64,000 bases of DNA from an uncultured Duncaniella sp. GTDB taxonomy: Bacteria; Bacteroidota; Bacteroidia; Bacteroidales; Muribaculaceae. The position numbers and the translations under genes were made by a program. Where the stretch lies: positions 75,314-139,313 of the forward strand of contig NZ_CAJTMT010000004.1 in the NCBI RefSeq assembly GCF_910577345.1, written 5' to 3'. Each line of letters begins with the position of its first letter. Positions within the stretch are counted from its first letter, which is position 1. This document shows, in pieces, positions 51,235 to 61,499 of this stretch. Below the pieces are notes generated by a model that saw only the letters and a program-made list of their open reading frames with translations, made no database searches and was not told the origin of the DNA.

Positions 51235-53268
51235 ATGAATCTGACAGCAGTTAACCGTGCGGCTGACAATATCCGTATTCTCGCCGCTTCTATGGTTGAA
51301 AAAGCAAAGTCCGGACATCCCGGCGGCGCCATGGGTGGCGCAGACTTTGTCAATGTACTTTACTCTCAATTTCTGATCACTGACCCGGACGACGGCAAGT
51401 GGCTTGGCCGTGACCGTTTCTTCCTCGATCCCGGCCACATGTCGCCCATGCTCTACAGTGTGCTTGCTCTCTTCGGTCACTATACAATGGCTGAGCTCGA
51501 ACAGTTCCGCCAGTGGGGTTCGCCGACTCCCGGTCACCCCGAACTCCATCCCGAGCGTGGTGTCGAGAACACTTCCGGTCCTCTCGGCCAGGGCCACACA
51601 ATGGCTGTCGGCTGTGCAATCGCAGAGCGTTTCATGACCGCCCGTTTCGGCGAGTGGATGAGCCACAAGACCTACGCTTTCATCTCCGACGGTGGTATTC
51701 AGGAAGAAATCTCGCAGGGCGCAGGCCGTCTTGCCGGTTATCTCGGTCTCCACAATCTCATCATGTTCTATGACAGCAACCGTGTGCAGCTCTCGACAAT
51801 GGTCGATGCAGTTGACCGCGAGGATGTCGCTGCCAAGTATCGCGCATGGCACTGGAATGTGATTGAAATCAACGGTAATGATCCCGTGGAGATTGCCAAC
51901 GCTATCGTTGCTGCCCAGGGTGAGAAGGAGAAACCGACCCTCATCATCGGCCACACCGTGATGGGCAAGGGTGTTGTCAAGGCTGACGGTTCCAATTTCG
52001 AAGGCCAGTGCTCGACCCACGGTCAGCCCCTCAGCGCATCCGGCGCTGACTATGCTGCCACAATGAAGAATCTCGGTGCCGATCCCGAGAATCCCTGGGT
52101 TATCTTCGACGATGTCAAGGCTCTCTACGATGCCCGTCGTCAGGAACTCCGCGAAATCGTGAAAGCAAAACGTGCCGAGCAGGCTGCCTGGGAGGCTGCA
52201 AATCCCGAACTTGCAAAGGAACTCCACACATTCCTTGACAACAAGCTTCCTGAAATCGACTGGAAAGCCATTCCCCACAAGGCAAACATCGCTTCGCGGC
52301 AGGCTTCGGCCGATGTCCTCGGTGTACTCGCTGAGAAGGTCAACAACATGATTGTTTCGTCTGCCGACCTTGCAAACTCCGATAAGACCGACGCCTTCCT
52401 CAAGAAGACCCATCCCTTCACCAACGGTGACTTCTCGGGTGCATTCCTCCACGCAGGTGTATCTGAGCTTACAATGGCTGCGGTCATGAACGGTATCGTT
52501 CTCCACGGTGGTGTCATCGGTGCCTGCGGTACATTCTTCGTGTTCAGCGACTACATGAAGCCCGCTGTCCGCATGGCCGCTCTCATGGAGCTCCCCGTGA
52601 AGTATATCTGGACACACGACGCATTCCGCGTTGGTGAGGATGGTCCTACCCACGAGCCCGTTGAGCAGGAAGCTCAGCTCCGTCTGATGGAAGAACTCCG
52701 CAACTTCAACGGCGAACCCTCGATGCTCGTCCTCCGTCCTGCCGACGCAGCCGAGACTTCCGTTGCATGGGCAATGGCTATGGAGAACTTCAAGACTCCG
52801 TCGGCTCTCGTGCTTTCGCGCCAGAATCTTCCCGACCTTCCCGCTGCGTCAGGCGACCGTTTCGCTGAGGCAAATGCAGGTTGCCGCAAGGGTGGCTATA
52901 CTGTTGTAGAGGCTGAGAACCCCGACGTGATTCTCGTTGCCAACGGTTCTGAAGTTTCACTCCTCTGCGAAGTTGCCGAGAAGCTCGCAGCTGAAGGCAA
53001 GAAGGCCCGTGTGGTTTCAGTTCCCTCGCTCGGTCTCTTCTTCCTCCAGGATGCCGACTACCGCAAGTCGGTGATGACTCCCGGTGTTCCCGCCTTCGGT
53101 CTCACCGCCGGTCTTCCCTCGACACTCCGCGAGATTGTAGGTGCCGACGGTATGGTATTCGGTCTCGACCACTTCGGTGCTTCCGCTCCCTACAAGGTGC
53201 TTGATGAGAAGTTCGGTTTCACAGCCGACCATGTCAAGGGTCTTGTTGATAAGTTCCTCGGAGCTTAA
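51235..53268 (+). CDS. tkt: Transketolase
   Basis: SGHPGG, TPGHPE, SGPLGQG, SDGGIQE, GEDGPTHEP. Confidence 0.95.
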   Translation: MNLTAVNRAADNIRILAASMVEKAKSGHPGGAMGGADFVNVLYSQFLITDPDDGKWLGRDRFFLDPGHMSPMLYSVLALFGHYTMAELEQFRQWGSPTPGHPELHPERGVENTSGPLGQGHTMAVGCAIAERFMTARFGEWMSHKTYAFISDGGIQEEISQGAGRLAGYLGLHNLIMFYDSNRVQLSTMVDAVDREDVAAKYRAWHWNVIEINGNDPVEIANAIVAAQGEKEKPTLIIGHTVMGKGVVKADGSNFEGQCSTHGQPLSASGADYAATMKNLGADPENPWVIFDDVKALYDARRQELREIVKAKRAEQAAWEAANPELAKELHTFLDNKLPEIDWKAIPHKANIASRQASADVLGVLAEKVNNMIVSSADLANSDKTDAFLKKTHPFTNGDFSGAFLHAGVSELTMAAVMNGIVLHGGVIGACGTFFVFSDYMKPAVRMAALMELPVKYIWTHDAFRVGEDGPTHEPVEQEAQLRLMEELRNFNGEPSMLVLRPADAAETSVAWAMAMENFKTPSALVLSRQNLPDLPAASGDRFAEANAGCRKGGYTVVEAENPDVILVANGSEVSLLCEVAEKLAAEGKKARVVSVPSLGLFFLQDADYRKSVMTPGVPAFGLTAGLPSTLREIVGADGMVFGLDHFGASAPYKVLDEKFGFTADHVKGLVDKFLGA

Positions 53269-53327
53269 TCAAAAATGACAAATTTTCGGTCAAATGACCG
53301 GATGCTGTGAAGATAATCATTCGAAAT

Positions 53328-53359
53328 TTTGCAAAATGTGTAAAATTGTCATACCTTTG
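53328..53359 (+). promoter_or_regulatory. Consensus promoter with no downstream CDS
   Basis: TTTG-N20-TACCTTTG. Confidence 0.7.
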
Positions 53360-53402
53360 CGCCCGATTTTGAAATTTATCTAACAGTAGTTTCTTTATAA
53401 AA

Positions 53403-53444
53403 AGCAGCCTGCATCCCATTCGAGATGCAGGCTGCTCCGTTTTT
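53403..53444. terminator. Bidirectional terminator between tkt and msrAB
   Basis: AGCAGCCTGCATC...GATGCAGGCTGCT with an A-tract before and a T-tract after. Confidence 0.8.
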
Positions 53445-53485
53445 GTTATCGGTTCCTATGGTCAATTACGGTCTGATTACTGTTC

Positions 53486-54469
53486 TCAGCTTTGTTCGAT
53501 GAGCGGGATATAAGCTCCGTAGCCTGATTCGGCCATTTCATCGAGGGGAATGAAGCGGAGTGCGGCACTGTTGATGCAATATCTCAAACCTCCGCGATGT
53601 TTCGGCCCGTCGGGAAATACATGGCCGAGATGAGCGTCGCCGACGCGGCTTCTGACCTCCGTGCGCGTCATTCCGTGTGAGTTGTCGCTCTTTTCAATCA
53701 ATACGTTTTTGTCAATAGGCTTTGAGAAACTCGGCCAGCCGCATCCGGAGTCAAATTTGTCGGTTGACACGAAGAGTGGTTCGCCTGTTGTTATGTCGAC
53801 GTAGATTCCTTTGCGATGATTGTCGAAGTATTCGTTGCGGTATGGCGGTTCGGTTGCGTTCTCGCGGGTGACGGCATACTGGATCGGATTCAGCCGTTCA
53901 TGGAGCTCGCTGTCGGATGCTTTGGCGTAAGGTGACGGGTCGACAGATATGGACTTTGTCTGTCGGGCTTTGCGGGCTATTGCAAACAGTTGGGGATTGA
54001 TGTGGCAGTAGCCTGTCGGATTTTTGTCGAGGTAGTCCTGATGGTATGGTTCTGCCGGATAGAAGTTCCGGATGGGCAGCACCTCTACGGCTATTGGAGC
54101 GGAGTAGAGCTGAGCCTCCTTTGCAAGTTCGGCGAGGGCTATCACCTGCTGCTCCGCGTTCGTGAAGTAGATTCCTGTTCGGTATTGAGTCCCGACATCG
54201 TTACCTTGGCGGTTGACGGTGGTCGGGTCAATGGTCATCAGATAGAGCTGTATGAGGAATTGCAGGTTGATTTTAGAGGAGTCATAGTCCACGCGCACAC
54301 ATTCGGCAGCCTCTGTGCGGCCGGTGCATACCTCCTTGTATGATGGGTCGGGAACTATGCTGTTGGCATAGCCTGCGCAGGTCGCCGTCACTCCCTCGAT
54401 TTGTTTGAAGAAGTGTTCGGTACCCCAGAAGCAGCCTCCGGCAAAATAGATGGTCTGGTTATTGTCCAT
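53486..54469 (-). CDS. msrAB: Bifunctional methionine sulfoxide reductase MsrA/MsrB
   Basis: Start set at MDNNQ. AGGCFWG, GTQYRTG, GCGWPSF, HLGHVF.DGP, RYCINS. Confidence 0.93.
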   Translation of the reverse strand: MDNNQTIYFAGGCFWGTEHFFKQIEGVTATCAGYANSIVPDPSYKEVCTGRTEAAECVRVDYDSSKINLQFLIQLYLMTIDPTTVNRQGNDVGTQYRTGIYFTNAEQQVIALAELAKEAQLYSAPIAVEVLPIRNFYPAEPYHQDYLDKNPTGYCHINPQLFAIARKARQTKSISVDPSPYAKASDSELHERLNPIQYAVTRENATEPPYRNEYFDNHRKGIYVDITTGEPLFVSTDKFDSGCGWPSFSKPIDKNVLIEKSDNSHGMTRTEVRSRVGDAHLGHVFPDGPKHRGGLRYCINSAALRFIPLDEMAESGYGAYIPLIEQS

Positions 54470-54761
54470 GATTTTGTGATTGTCTGTTAGGAGATGTTGA
54501 AAAAGGATTGAGGTGTGTCGGTTGACGGTGTTTAAACGTCTTGGCATCCCTTGTGGTTTAGGCTGTGTGCCCCACCTCGGTTATGGGTTATGGTATATAA
54601 GGGCACAAGCCGTAATTACGGTGCATTAAATCCGTCAACATCTGAAAAGGGTATAGAAAGACAGAAGGTCAGAAGATACAAAAAGATTAATTTCAGCAAA
54701 TTATACTTCTGTTGCTTTTGTTTATTTTGTTCTTTTGTATCTTATATGAACCTTGAACCAT

Positions 54762-54819
54762 AAAAAGACATCGTGCCGTCCTTGAAATGAGTATCCTGTG
54801 GACGACACGATGTATTTTT
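54762..54819. terminator. Terminator after ORF 54862
   Basis: ACATCGTGCCGTCC...GGACGACACGATGT flanked by A and T tracts. Confidence 0.65.
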
Positions 54820-54861
54820 ATTTGTGTTGCCTGATATGGCTTAGAAGATTATAGCCTTGTT

Positions 54862-56028
54862 TCAGCGGGCAATGAGTTTTGCAACCTTGCCGCCAGCTTT
54901 GACAATGTAGATGCCGGGGGCGGGGAGGCTGATTGCATGGCTGTTTGCGTTTGCGCTGCGTGAGATGAGCTGACCGGTGATGTTGTAGACAACTGCATCC
55001 TCAGCTCCATCCACACGGAGTTCGAGACCGTTGATGCTGATGGTTACCGCATCCGATGTCACGGTGCCGATAGCTGCGTTTGAGGCAATCTCCATCTTGA
55101 GTTCAGCGGGAGTGCCGGCGGGTACAACGAGGTAAGCTTTATTGCGGGCGAGGTACTGTTCGTTGGATGTCACGAAGCCGATTGAACCGTCGGAAAGACG
55201 ACCGAGCACGCGCATGGTAGCTTTGTCGTTGGGTGTGCGGTTCTTGTGGACAAGGTCATTGTTGTTGAAGTAGACGCCTTTCAGCATATTTCCTGCGACG
55301 GCTGAACCGTTGCCACCAAGACTGAGTTTGTTGCCGGAGGGAACAGCAGATGAGCACTTGATGATGACAGGAGTTCCTTTGGCTACAGTGCCGTTGATTT
55401 CCTTGATGTAGGCAGTCCCGTTTTCAACTGAGCTTACATAGTAGGCAGTCATGCCTTCCGAATGGAAATCGAAGGGGAAATCGGCATAGAGCGTTGCATA
55501 GTGGTCGGCTCCCTGCTGGAATTCCGGAGTGATGCCGAAGTAGTTGCTGTTTGCAGTTGTGATGGGGAAAATACGCCAACGACAATACTCATCGTTGTCG
55601 AGACAGGATACATAACCACGGTCGTTCGAATTTTTTGTTGCATCACCAATATAGCGAACCATGCCGCTGTTACGGCCATAGATACTGTAAAGCCCATTTC
55701 TCTGGTAGATCGTTACAGGGTAATCTATAATTTTCTGAACGCCGGTTCCTTGCGCTTGAAGATCGTAGTCTTGCTGTTTACCGTCCAGATTTTTTATATA
55801 TATGACGGTTGCAGGATCAGAAATTGTCTTTTCATAGTTTTTCCACAATTCAATTGCTCCAAGTTCAGCTGTAGTTGCTTGAAAATTTAGTTCTCCTTTG
55901 TCGTCAAGTACATATATATAACGTTCAGTCATGTTATTCTGAACACGGTAAAAACCGTCGCCGTTAAGTTGAGCAGATGCTGAGATAGCTAAAATAGCCG
56001 CAAGTAAAGCAGTAATGATTTGTTTCAT
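54862..56028 (-). CDS. Secreted protein with T9SS type-A-like C-terminal sorting domain
   Basis: Signal peptide; C-terminal 'VYNITGQLI...LPAPGIYIVK...KL'. Confidence 0.7.
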   Translation of the reverse strand: MKQIITALLAAILAISASAQLNGDGFYRVQNNMTERYIYVLDDKGELNFQATTAELGAIELWKNYEKTISDPATVIYIKNLDGKQQDYDLQAQGTGVQKIIDYPVTIYQRNGLYSIYGRNSGMVRYIGDATKNSNDRGYVSCLDNDEYCRWRIFPITTANSNYFGITPEFQQGADHYATLYADFPFDFHSEGMTAYYVSSVENGTAYIKEINGTVAKGTPVIIKCSSAVPSGNKLSLGGNGSAVAGNMLKGVYFNNNDLVHKNRTPNDKATMRVLGRLSDGSIGFVTSNEQYLARNKAYLVVPAGTPAELKMEIASNAAIGTVTSDAVTISINGLELRVDGAEDAVVYNITGQLISRSANANSHAISLPAPGIYIVKAGGKVAKLIAR

Positions 56029-56147
56029 TGGTTGTGTTATGTGGATAGTACTTGTCGAAAAGAAAAATATTATTTATCTTTCAGATTCAGTGAAATATTG
56101 TTGCAAAATTACGATAAAAAACTCTAACTATGAAGTATTAAAGTGTT

Positions 56148-56187
56148 AAAAAAGCGGGGCTTATCACTTGGATAGGCCTCGCTTTTT
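56148..56187. terminator. Terminator after the ompA-like gene
   Basis: A6-GCGGGGCTTATC...GATAGGCCTCGC-T5. Confidence 0.7.
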
Positions 56188-56207
56188 ATAGAGTTGATGT
56201 CGAAAAC

Positions 56208-57350
56208 TTATTCGACGATACAAATTGCAACTCGGTTCTGTTCGGGAGTTGCGTATGGCTGGTCTTCAACTTCACCCATGCTCTTTATAAGAATTCTACT
56301 GGGTGAAATATCATATTTATTAATGAGTGCATTTGCTACTGCTTCAGCACGTTGGGCTGAGAGATGAAGGTTGATTTTTAGGGTTCCGGTTCCCTTGTCA
56401 GCATAACCTGTTACAGTAACATTTGAATTTGGATTTTCCTTCATGTAGCGTGCGACTTCTGCGACTTTTGCCATTTCCTCATTTGTGATATTGAAGGTTG
56501 AAATTTTGAAGAATACGTCGCGGGCAAACGGAGCGGTTGCTTCCTTAACGACTTCTTTTACAACAATCTTCTCGACGGGTACTTCGACAATTTTTTCTAC
56601 AATTTCAGGGCCGCAGCATTTTTTGCGCTTCTGCTTGGTGAAGGTTGTTCCGAAGGCATACTTCACACCAACGAGGCCGTTGAAATACCAGTCGGCATTG
56701 TTGGCCTTCTTCGAGTTGTAGCCGTCGGGGAGGACATTGGCCTGGAGTTCGAGACCGAGCTTGAGGTTGTTGGTGATGTTGAAGTCAGCGAATACGCCGA
56801 ACTGACCAACGAAGCGGGCCTTGCCACCGTTCCAGATGTTGCGGAGAACTTCGGGACGGTCTGCAGCAGGGAGCTCCTCATAGACGCTTGCGCGGAGGGC
56901 ATTGTTGACTCTGTTGGCTTCCTGATTCTTGAAAGCGAAGTTCGCGCCAACACCGCCGAAGATACCGGCGCTCACAAGACGCTCGGGGTTGTAACCGCCG
57001 ATGAGGTTTGTGAGGTCTACCATAAGGTCAACGGTAGGAGCAACGTAGTGCCACTTCCAGTCAGAGCGTGCGTCGTCAACTGTGATCGAACCCTTGGAAG
57101 TCCAACCGTTGAAGATGAGACGTGCTCCGAGAACGGGGTTGAAGTTGTAACCTACGCCAACCTGAGCGTTGAAGGATGACAGACGGCCGAAGCTTGTTTC
57201 GCCCAAGGTCTCCTGCATACCAACCTGACCCTGGACATACCAGTGAGGCTGGAAGACATATTCAGTCTCCTCCTGCGCCGTCTGTGCGTTGGCCGCGAAG
57301 GCTGCACAGATGGCGATTGAGGCTGATAGAAATAACTTATTAATTTTCAT
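56208..57350 (-). CDS. OmpA family outer-membrane protein
   Basis: N-terminal small barrel, (VEKIVE)n linker, C-terminal 'GYADKGTG...N..LS..RA..V...NRV'. Confidence 0.9.
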   Translation of the reverse strand: MKINKLFLSASIAICAAFAANAQTAQEETEYVFQPHWYVQGQVGMQETLGETSFGRLSSFNAQVGVGYNFNPVLGARLIFNGWTSKGSITVDDARSDWKWHYVAPTVDLMVDLTNLIGGYNPERLVSAGIFGGVGANFAFKNQEANRVNNALRASVYEELPAADRPEVLRNIWNGGKARFVGQFGVFADFNITNNLKLGLELQANVLPDGYNSKKANNADWYFNGLVGVKYAFGTTFTKQKRKKCCGPEIVEKIVEVPVEKIVVKEVVKEATAPFARDVFFKISTFNITNEEMAKVAEVARYMKENPNSNVTVTGYADKGTGTLKINLHLSAQRAEAVANALINKYDISPSRILIKSMGEVEDQPYATPEQNRVAICIVE

Positions 57351-57388
57351 GTTCTTAGTTTTCTAAATTTTACGCCTTGACGATTCAA

Positions 57389-59962
57389 TTAATTGCGTAC
57401 AACCTGAACGTAGCACTTAACAGTTGAAGTATGACCGGTGTAGTCAAGAGCCTGATAAGCGATTTCGTATGTGTAAACGCCAGCGGTTGCGCCTTTGACG
57501 TCGAGAGCGATACGCTGATTGTCGCCATTGAGAACAGTGGCAAATTTGTTGGCTGCCTTATTCGCAGCAGTTACCAAAGCAGGACAATCATTACCGTTTT
57601 GGTCAGTAACCTTAGTGACAGCGATGCATTTCTTGAATACAGGGCAGACGGTCTCAAAGTTGTATGTCGTAGCCCAAATAGTTATAGCTTCACCGTTACC
57701 CTTGAACTGCGAAGGTTGTTTGGGATTAGTGCTAAGCATTCCGAGGTTACCGTCGCTCTTGCGGTACAGCATTAAAGACTGGAGATAATGGTTAGGATGA
57801 GTAAGCACTTTATTGATACGGTTGGCAACAGCATTGTATTTGTCAATAAGAGTGTTTACCTTATTAAGATAATCTTCATTGATTTGGTCAACAAGAGAAT
57901 CAAGCTTATCCTGAATGCTACCCATCATGTCGTTCACCTGATTTTCAATATTGGCAATGACCCCGTCAGGACCATTAAATGCGTTATCTACAGCATTTGC
58001 TACAGCGGCATTAATCTGGTTTTTGAGGCCGGGCTTGTTTTCGTTGCCAGGAATACCATAAATCCATCTTTCGATAGAGGCTTGAACATTATTGATAACT
58101 TCCTGAAGGTCTTTTGTAATATCAACCTGAATGATTTCATACATACCCTCTGTGGTTTCCCAATTGTCAGGAAGAGTGGCTTCGCCCTTGCCATCGTTAT
58201 CAACATCAACATTGAATTTCTTAGGAATTTTCACAGAAATAATGGTTTGACCGACGGGGTCAATCTCAAAATCATCAAGTTTGAGTTCAATGTCGATGTC
58301 AATGTCGCCAATCTTGAACGGTTTGAGTTCGAGATCGACAAGTGATTTGTCAAGTTCAATAGGATTGAAAGTAGGTATATTGGGGAATGACTCGTTTTTA
58401 AGAGCAGCAAATGAAAGGGGCTTGAATGCTGTAGCGGCAATACCATAGTTTGAATATACCTTGTTGACATCACCCTTTCCGGCTACTGATTCGTATGTGT
58501 AGCGGAGAGCATTTGCATCACAAACATTCTGAAGTTGGTTGTAGATTGCTTTGAGCATGTGTGCCATGTCGGCAGCAGTGTGATTTTTAACTGCGTTTAC
58601 AAGAGCATCTTTGAGGCCAGCTTCGATATTTACCTTGATGGCATCAAGATTTTCAGGGGCCACGCTTGCTTCCGCACGGTAAAGGCCATTTCCATTGCCA
58701 GCGGCACGGGTAGAGTTCACACCGAACTTGATGGATGTGTTGTCATCTTTGATAACCTTAAGATTGACTTTTGAAGTTTCTTCAAGGCTGTTTACAAGGC
58801 TGAAGCCATCAAGATTAACAGTGTTTACAGTAGCGGGATTGACTGTGAACCAAAGATTGCCAAGAATAGCCTGTCCTTCTTCATTGAGACTTGCGATAAT
58901 CTGGTTCTCAGGAATATATGGGGTAGAAACAATCGAGTTCCAATCGATGTCCTGATAGTCATTATAACATTCAGCACCTACACCTGATACCGGGAACTCG
59001 CGTACACTGGTTGCAAGATGCCCGTAGTATGACATGAGAACCATCGAGTTGATACCAAACGGTGTGTTGAAAGATCCAAAAACGGGATTGGTAGTTGCTT
59101 GAAGAACAAGGCTTGTTACCATACCATTGATTCGGCCGAGGAGTTCGTCTACCTGAGTTTGAAGAGCGGCGATAGCAGCAGAGTTATCTTTGATGTTCTG
59201 CATCACTTCTCCGTAATTCCACCAATTGGTTTCTCCTTCAGGAAGTTTGGCATCTGCGAATATGTTTTGATACATGTTGTCGATGCCGGCAAGATCAGTA
59301 TAGTATTTATTAAGTTCCTTAAGGGCATCTTCGTTAAGAGTGCCGTCGTTTTGTAATTTTACAAGAGCATCGAGAGCGGCTTTATTGCTGATTATATATT
59401 GCCCTTGTTTAACGAGTTCCTGAAATTCTGCGGGAGTAAGACCGATTCCGGCAAACCATTTCTCAAGATCAGTAACAGTGGAAAGTAGGCCAGGATTTGT
59501 TCCATCTCCATAAATTACTTTTTTGAGTGAGCTGACTTCATCGACAAGACCGCCTTCACCATTTACAGTTGTAAGGAGTGCAAGGATCTCAGCAACCTGC
59601 TCAGGTGTGAACTGGTTGAAATCTTTTTCTTCGAGAGCCTTGACTCGTTTCTCAAGCGCATTGAGACTTTCCTGAGTTGCGTATTGACTTGTAAGGTCGG
59701 TAATCCAACCTTTGATTTCATTCTCAGTGTAATGGGGTTGACTCTTGATGAGGTTTTCCAAACGTACGATTTCATCTGCGCACTTAGTGGAGCAGTCCGA
59801 AAGTTTTTGGTTCAAAGCATCAAGTGCAGCTTGCAGGTTTGCCTGCTGCCCCATGAGCTCAGTACGGAGATCTTCGTCCGTATCCTTGCAAGACGTTAGA
59901 GTGCTGAATCCTCCGGCAGTTACGGCCATGAGAAGCAGTCCTGAGATAAACTTTTTCTTCAT
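57389..59962 (-). CDS. Large surface lipoprotein with coiled-coil regions
   Basis: Lipobox LTS-C followed by acidic KDTDED (Bacteroidetes surface-export-like signal); heptad-rich segments. Confidence 0.75.
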   Translation of the reverse strand: MKKKFISGLLLMAVTAGGFSTLTSCKDTDEDLRTELMGQQANLQAALDALNQKLSDCSTKCADEIVRLENLIKSQPHYTENEIKGWITDLTSQYATQESLNALEKRVKALEEKDFNQFTPEQVAEILALLTTVNGEGGLVDEVSSLKKVIYGDGTNPGLLSTVTDLEKWFAGIGLTPAEFQELVKQGQYIISNKAALDALVKLQNDGTLNEDALKELNKYYTDLAGIDNMYQNIFADAKLPEGETNWWNYGEVMQNIKDNSAAIAALQTQVDELLGRINGMVTSLVLQATTNPVFGSFNTPFGINSMVLMSYYGHLATSVREFPVSGVGAECYNDYQDIDWNSIVSTPYIPENQIIASLNEEGQAILGNLWFTVNPATVNTVNLDGFSLVNSLEETSKVNLKVIKDDNTSIKFGVNSTRAAGNGNGLYRAEASVAPENLDAIKVNIEAGLKDALVNAVKNHTAADMAHMLKAIYNQLQNVCDANALRYTYESVAGKGDVNKVYSNYGIAATAFKPLSFAALKNESFPNIPTFNPIELDKSLVDLELKPFKIGDIDIDIELKLDDFEIDPVGQTIISVKIPKKFNVDVDNDGKGEATLPDNWETTEGMYEIIQVDITKDLQEVINNVQASIERWIYGIPGNENKPGLKNQINAAVANAVDNAFNGPDGVIANIENQVNDMMGSIQDKLDSLVDQINEDYLNKVNTLIDKYNAVANRINKVLTHPNHYLQSLMLYRKSDGNLGMLSTNPKQPSQFKGNGEAITIWATTYNFETVCPVFKKCIAVTKVTDQNGNDCPALVTAANKAANKFATVLNGDNQRIALDVKGATAGVYTYEIAYQALDYTGHTSTVKCYVQVVRN

Positions 59963-60174
59963 TTCAGTTTTTAATTTTAGATATATATTGTTTGTTGTAA
60001 TTTCTCTATGGGTAGATGTATGTCTTTCAGACGTAGGACAGAGATGGTTGTCACCAATAATCAGAAATAATAGTTGATTTAATGTGAGTATTTATTTTTG
60101 TGTTGTAAGTAATACTGTCGTCATCATAAACTTGATAATAATGCAAGTACCGCAATGATAAATTTATCAAGTGA

Positions 60175-60182
60175 CAAAGGTA
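60175..60182 (-). promoter_or_regulatory. -7 element for the lipoprotein-ompA operon
   Basis: Minus strand TACCTTTG, implying a leader of about 200 nt. Confidence 0.55.
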
Positions 60183-60263
60183 ATAATTTTATGACAAAAA
60201 CTATATATTTTAACAAAAAAAATGTTTCAAGGAATAAATTTTCAGAAATTTAGAGTATTTTGC

Positions 60264-60271
60264 TATCTTTG
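60264..60271 (+). promoter_or_regulatory. -7 element for ORF 60352
   Basis: TATCTTTG. Confidence 0.55.
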
Positions 60272-60351
60272 TGGCAGGATTAGAATTTGGTTTACATGTT
60301 AGATTCAGAATCCAAGATCAAATGAAATGACCAATCGTTTATTCAGTAACA

Positions 60352-61344
60352 ATGATTATCCCTTTTGTAAAATGTCGGCGATTAGTAGTTGCCATGTTTT
60401 GTTTTAGTATTGTAACACATGTTTGTGCACAGTTTACGGCTAATATATCACATTCGGATTTGAACACACGACACCAATTGTTCAATAGATTCGAGGTGGG
60501 CATTTCTGCCGGGAGTACTGGACTCGGGGTTGATGTGGCAACAAATATTACTGATAATTTTCGCCTCAGAGCTGGAGTGGACTACATGCCGCGTTTCACA
60601 TTTCCGATGTCATTCAGTCTTCAAAGCTATACGGATGGAGGTGTAAATTCAGAGAATTTTGACAAAATGCAGAAATACATGGAAGGTTTGACGGGTATCA
60701 AGGTTGATGATCGCATTGATATTGATGGGAAACCTACAATGACAAGTTTTAAACTCCTTGTAGATGTATATCCTTGGCCTGAAAAAGGGTGGAGATTTAC
60801 TGCGGGCTTCTATATTGGTTCTCGGAAGATTGCAAAGGCCATTAATACTATGGGAGAAATGCCATCATTGCTTGCGGTGAATATATACAATCACTTCTAT
60901 GATTATATTATGAGTGATGATGCATACGATAAACCTATTGGTGGTGTTAACTTCGATCCCTTCCTGATAGATGAAATAAGAGAAAAGTTAGAGAGTGAAG
61001 GGCGGATGGGTATTCATATCGGTGATTTTAAAGACGGTAGTCCATATATGATGCAGCCGGATTCGGATGGTATGGTTAAAGCTACTGCATTTGTCAACGC
61101 TTTTAAACCGTATCTTGGACTTGGCTATACGAGCACGCTTGATAAAAAAGGTAGGTTTAAACTTGATGTAGATTGTGGTATGATGATGTGGGGAGGTTCT
61201 CCTACTCTGATAACCCATGATGGGGTGGACTTGACTTCGGAAGTGAAAAACATAAAGGGAAAACCGGGTGATTATGTGGATGTACTGAAAGCTTTTAAAG
61301 TATACCCTACTGTTGGAATACGATTTTCATATAGAATTTTTTAA
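60352..61344 (+). CDS. Hypothetical outer-membrane beta-barrel protein
   Basis: Signal-like N-terminus, GSTGLGVDVA, KPYLGLGY, C-terminal RFSYRIF (BAM-type terminal Phe). Confidence 0.65.
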   Translation: MIIPFVKCRRLVVAMFCFSIVTHVCAQFTANISHSDLNTRHQLFNRFEVGISAGSTGLGVDVATNITDNFRLRAGVDYMPRFTFPMSFSLQSYTDGGVNSENFDKMQKYMEGLTGIKVDDRIDIDGKPTMTSFKLLVDVYPWPEKGWRFTAGFYIGSRKIAKAINTMGEMPSLLAVNIYNHFYDYIMSDDAYDKPIGGVNFDPFLIDEIREKLESEGRMGIHIGDFKDGSPYMMQPDSDGMVKATAFVNAFKPYLGLGYTSTLDKKGRFKLDVDCGMMMWGGSPTLITHDGVDLTSEVKNIKGKPGDYVDVLKAFKVYPTVGIRFSYRIF

Positions 61345-61361
61345 CAAGAATTAACTATAAA

Positions 61362-61406
61362 AACTATCGCAATAGTTGGAATACGTCGCGATTAGTTTTA
61401 TCTTTG
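61362..61406 (+). promoter_or_regulatory. blaI-like promoter with candidate operator
   Basis: Palindrome AACTAT-cgca-ATAGTT (61362-61377) and -7 element TATCTTTG (61399-61406). Confidence 0.5.
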
Positions 61407-61450
61407 CGGTGTGAAACGTATTTATTATCGTTTCACACCGCAAATTTTTT
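61403..61450 (+). terminator. 16-bp-stem hairpin with T-tract
   Basis: TTTGCGGTGTGAAACG...CGTTTCACACCGCAAA followed by T6. Confidence 0.65.
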
Positions 61451-61499
61451 CAAACAACTATCAACATCATTAATCATAACTTAAATTACATTATCGCTT

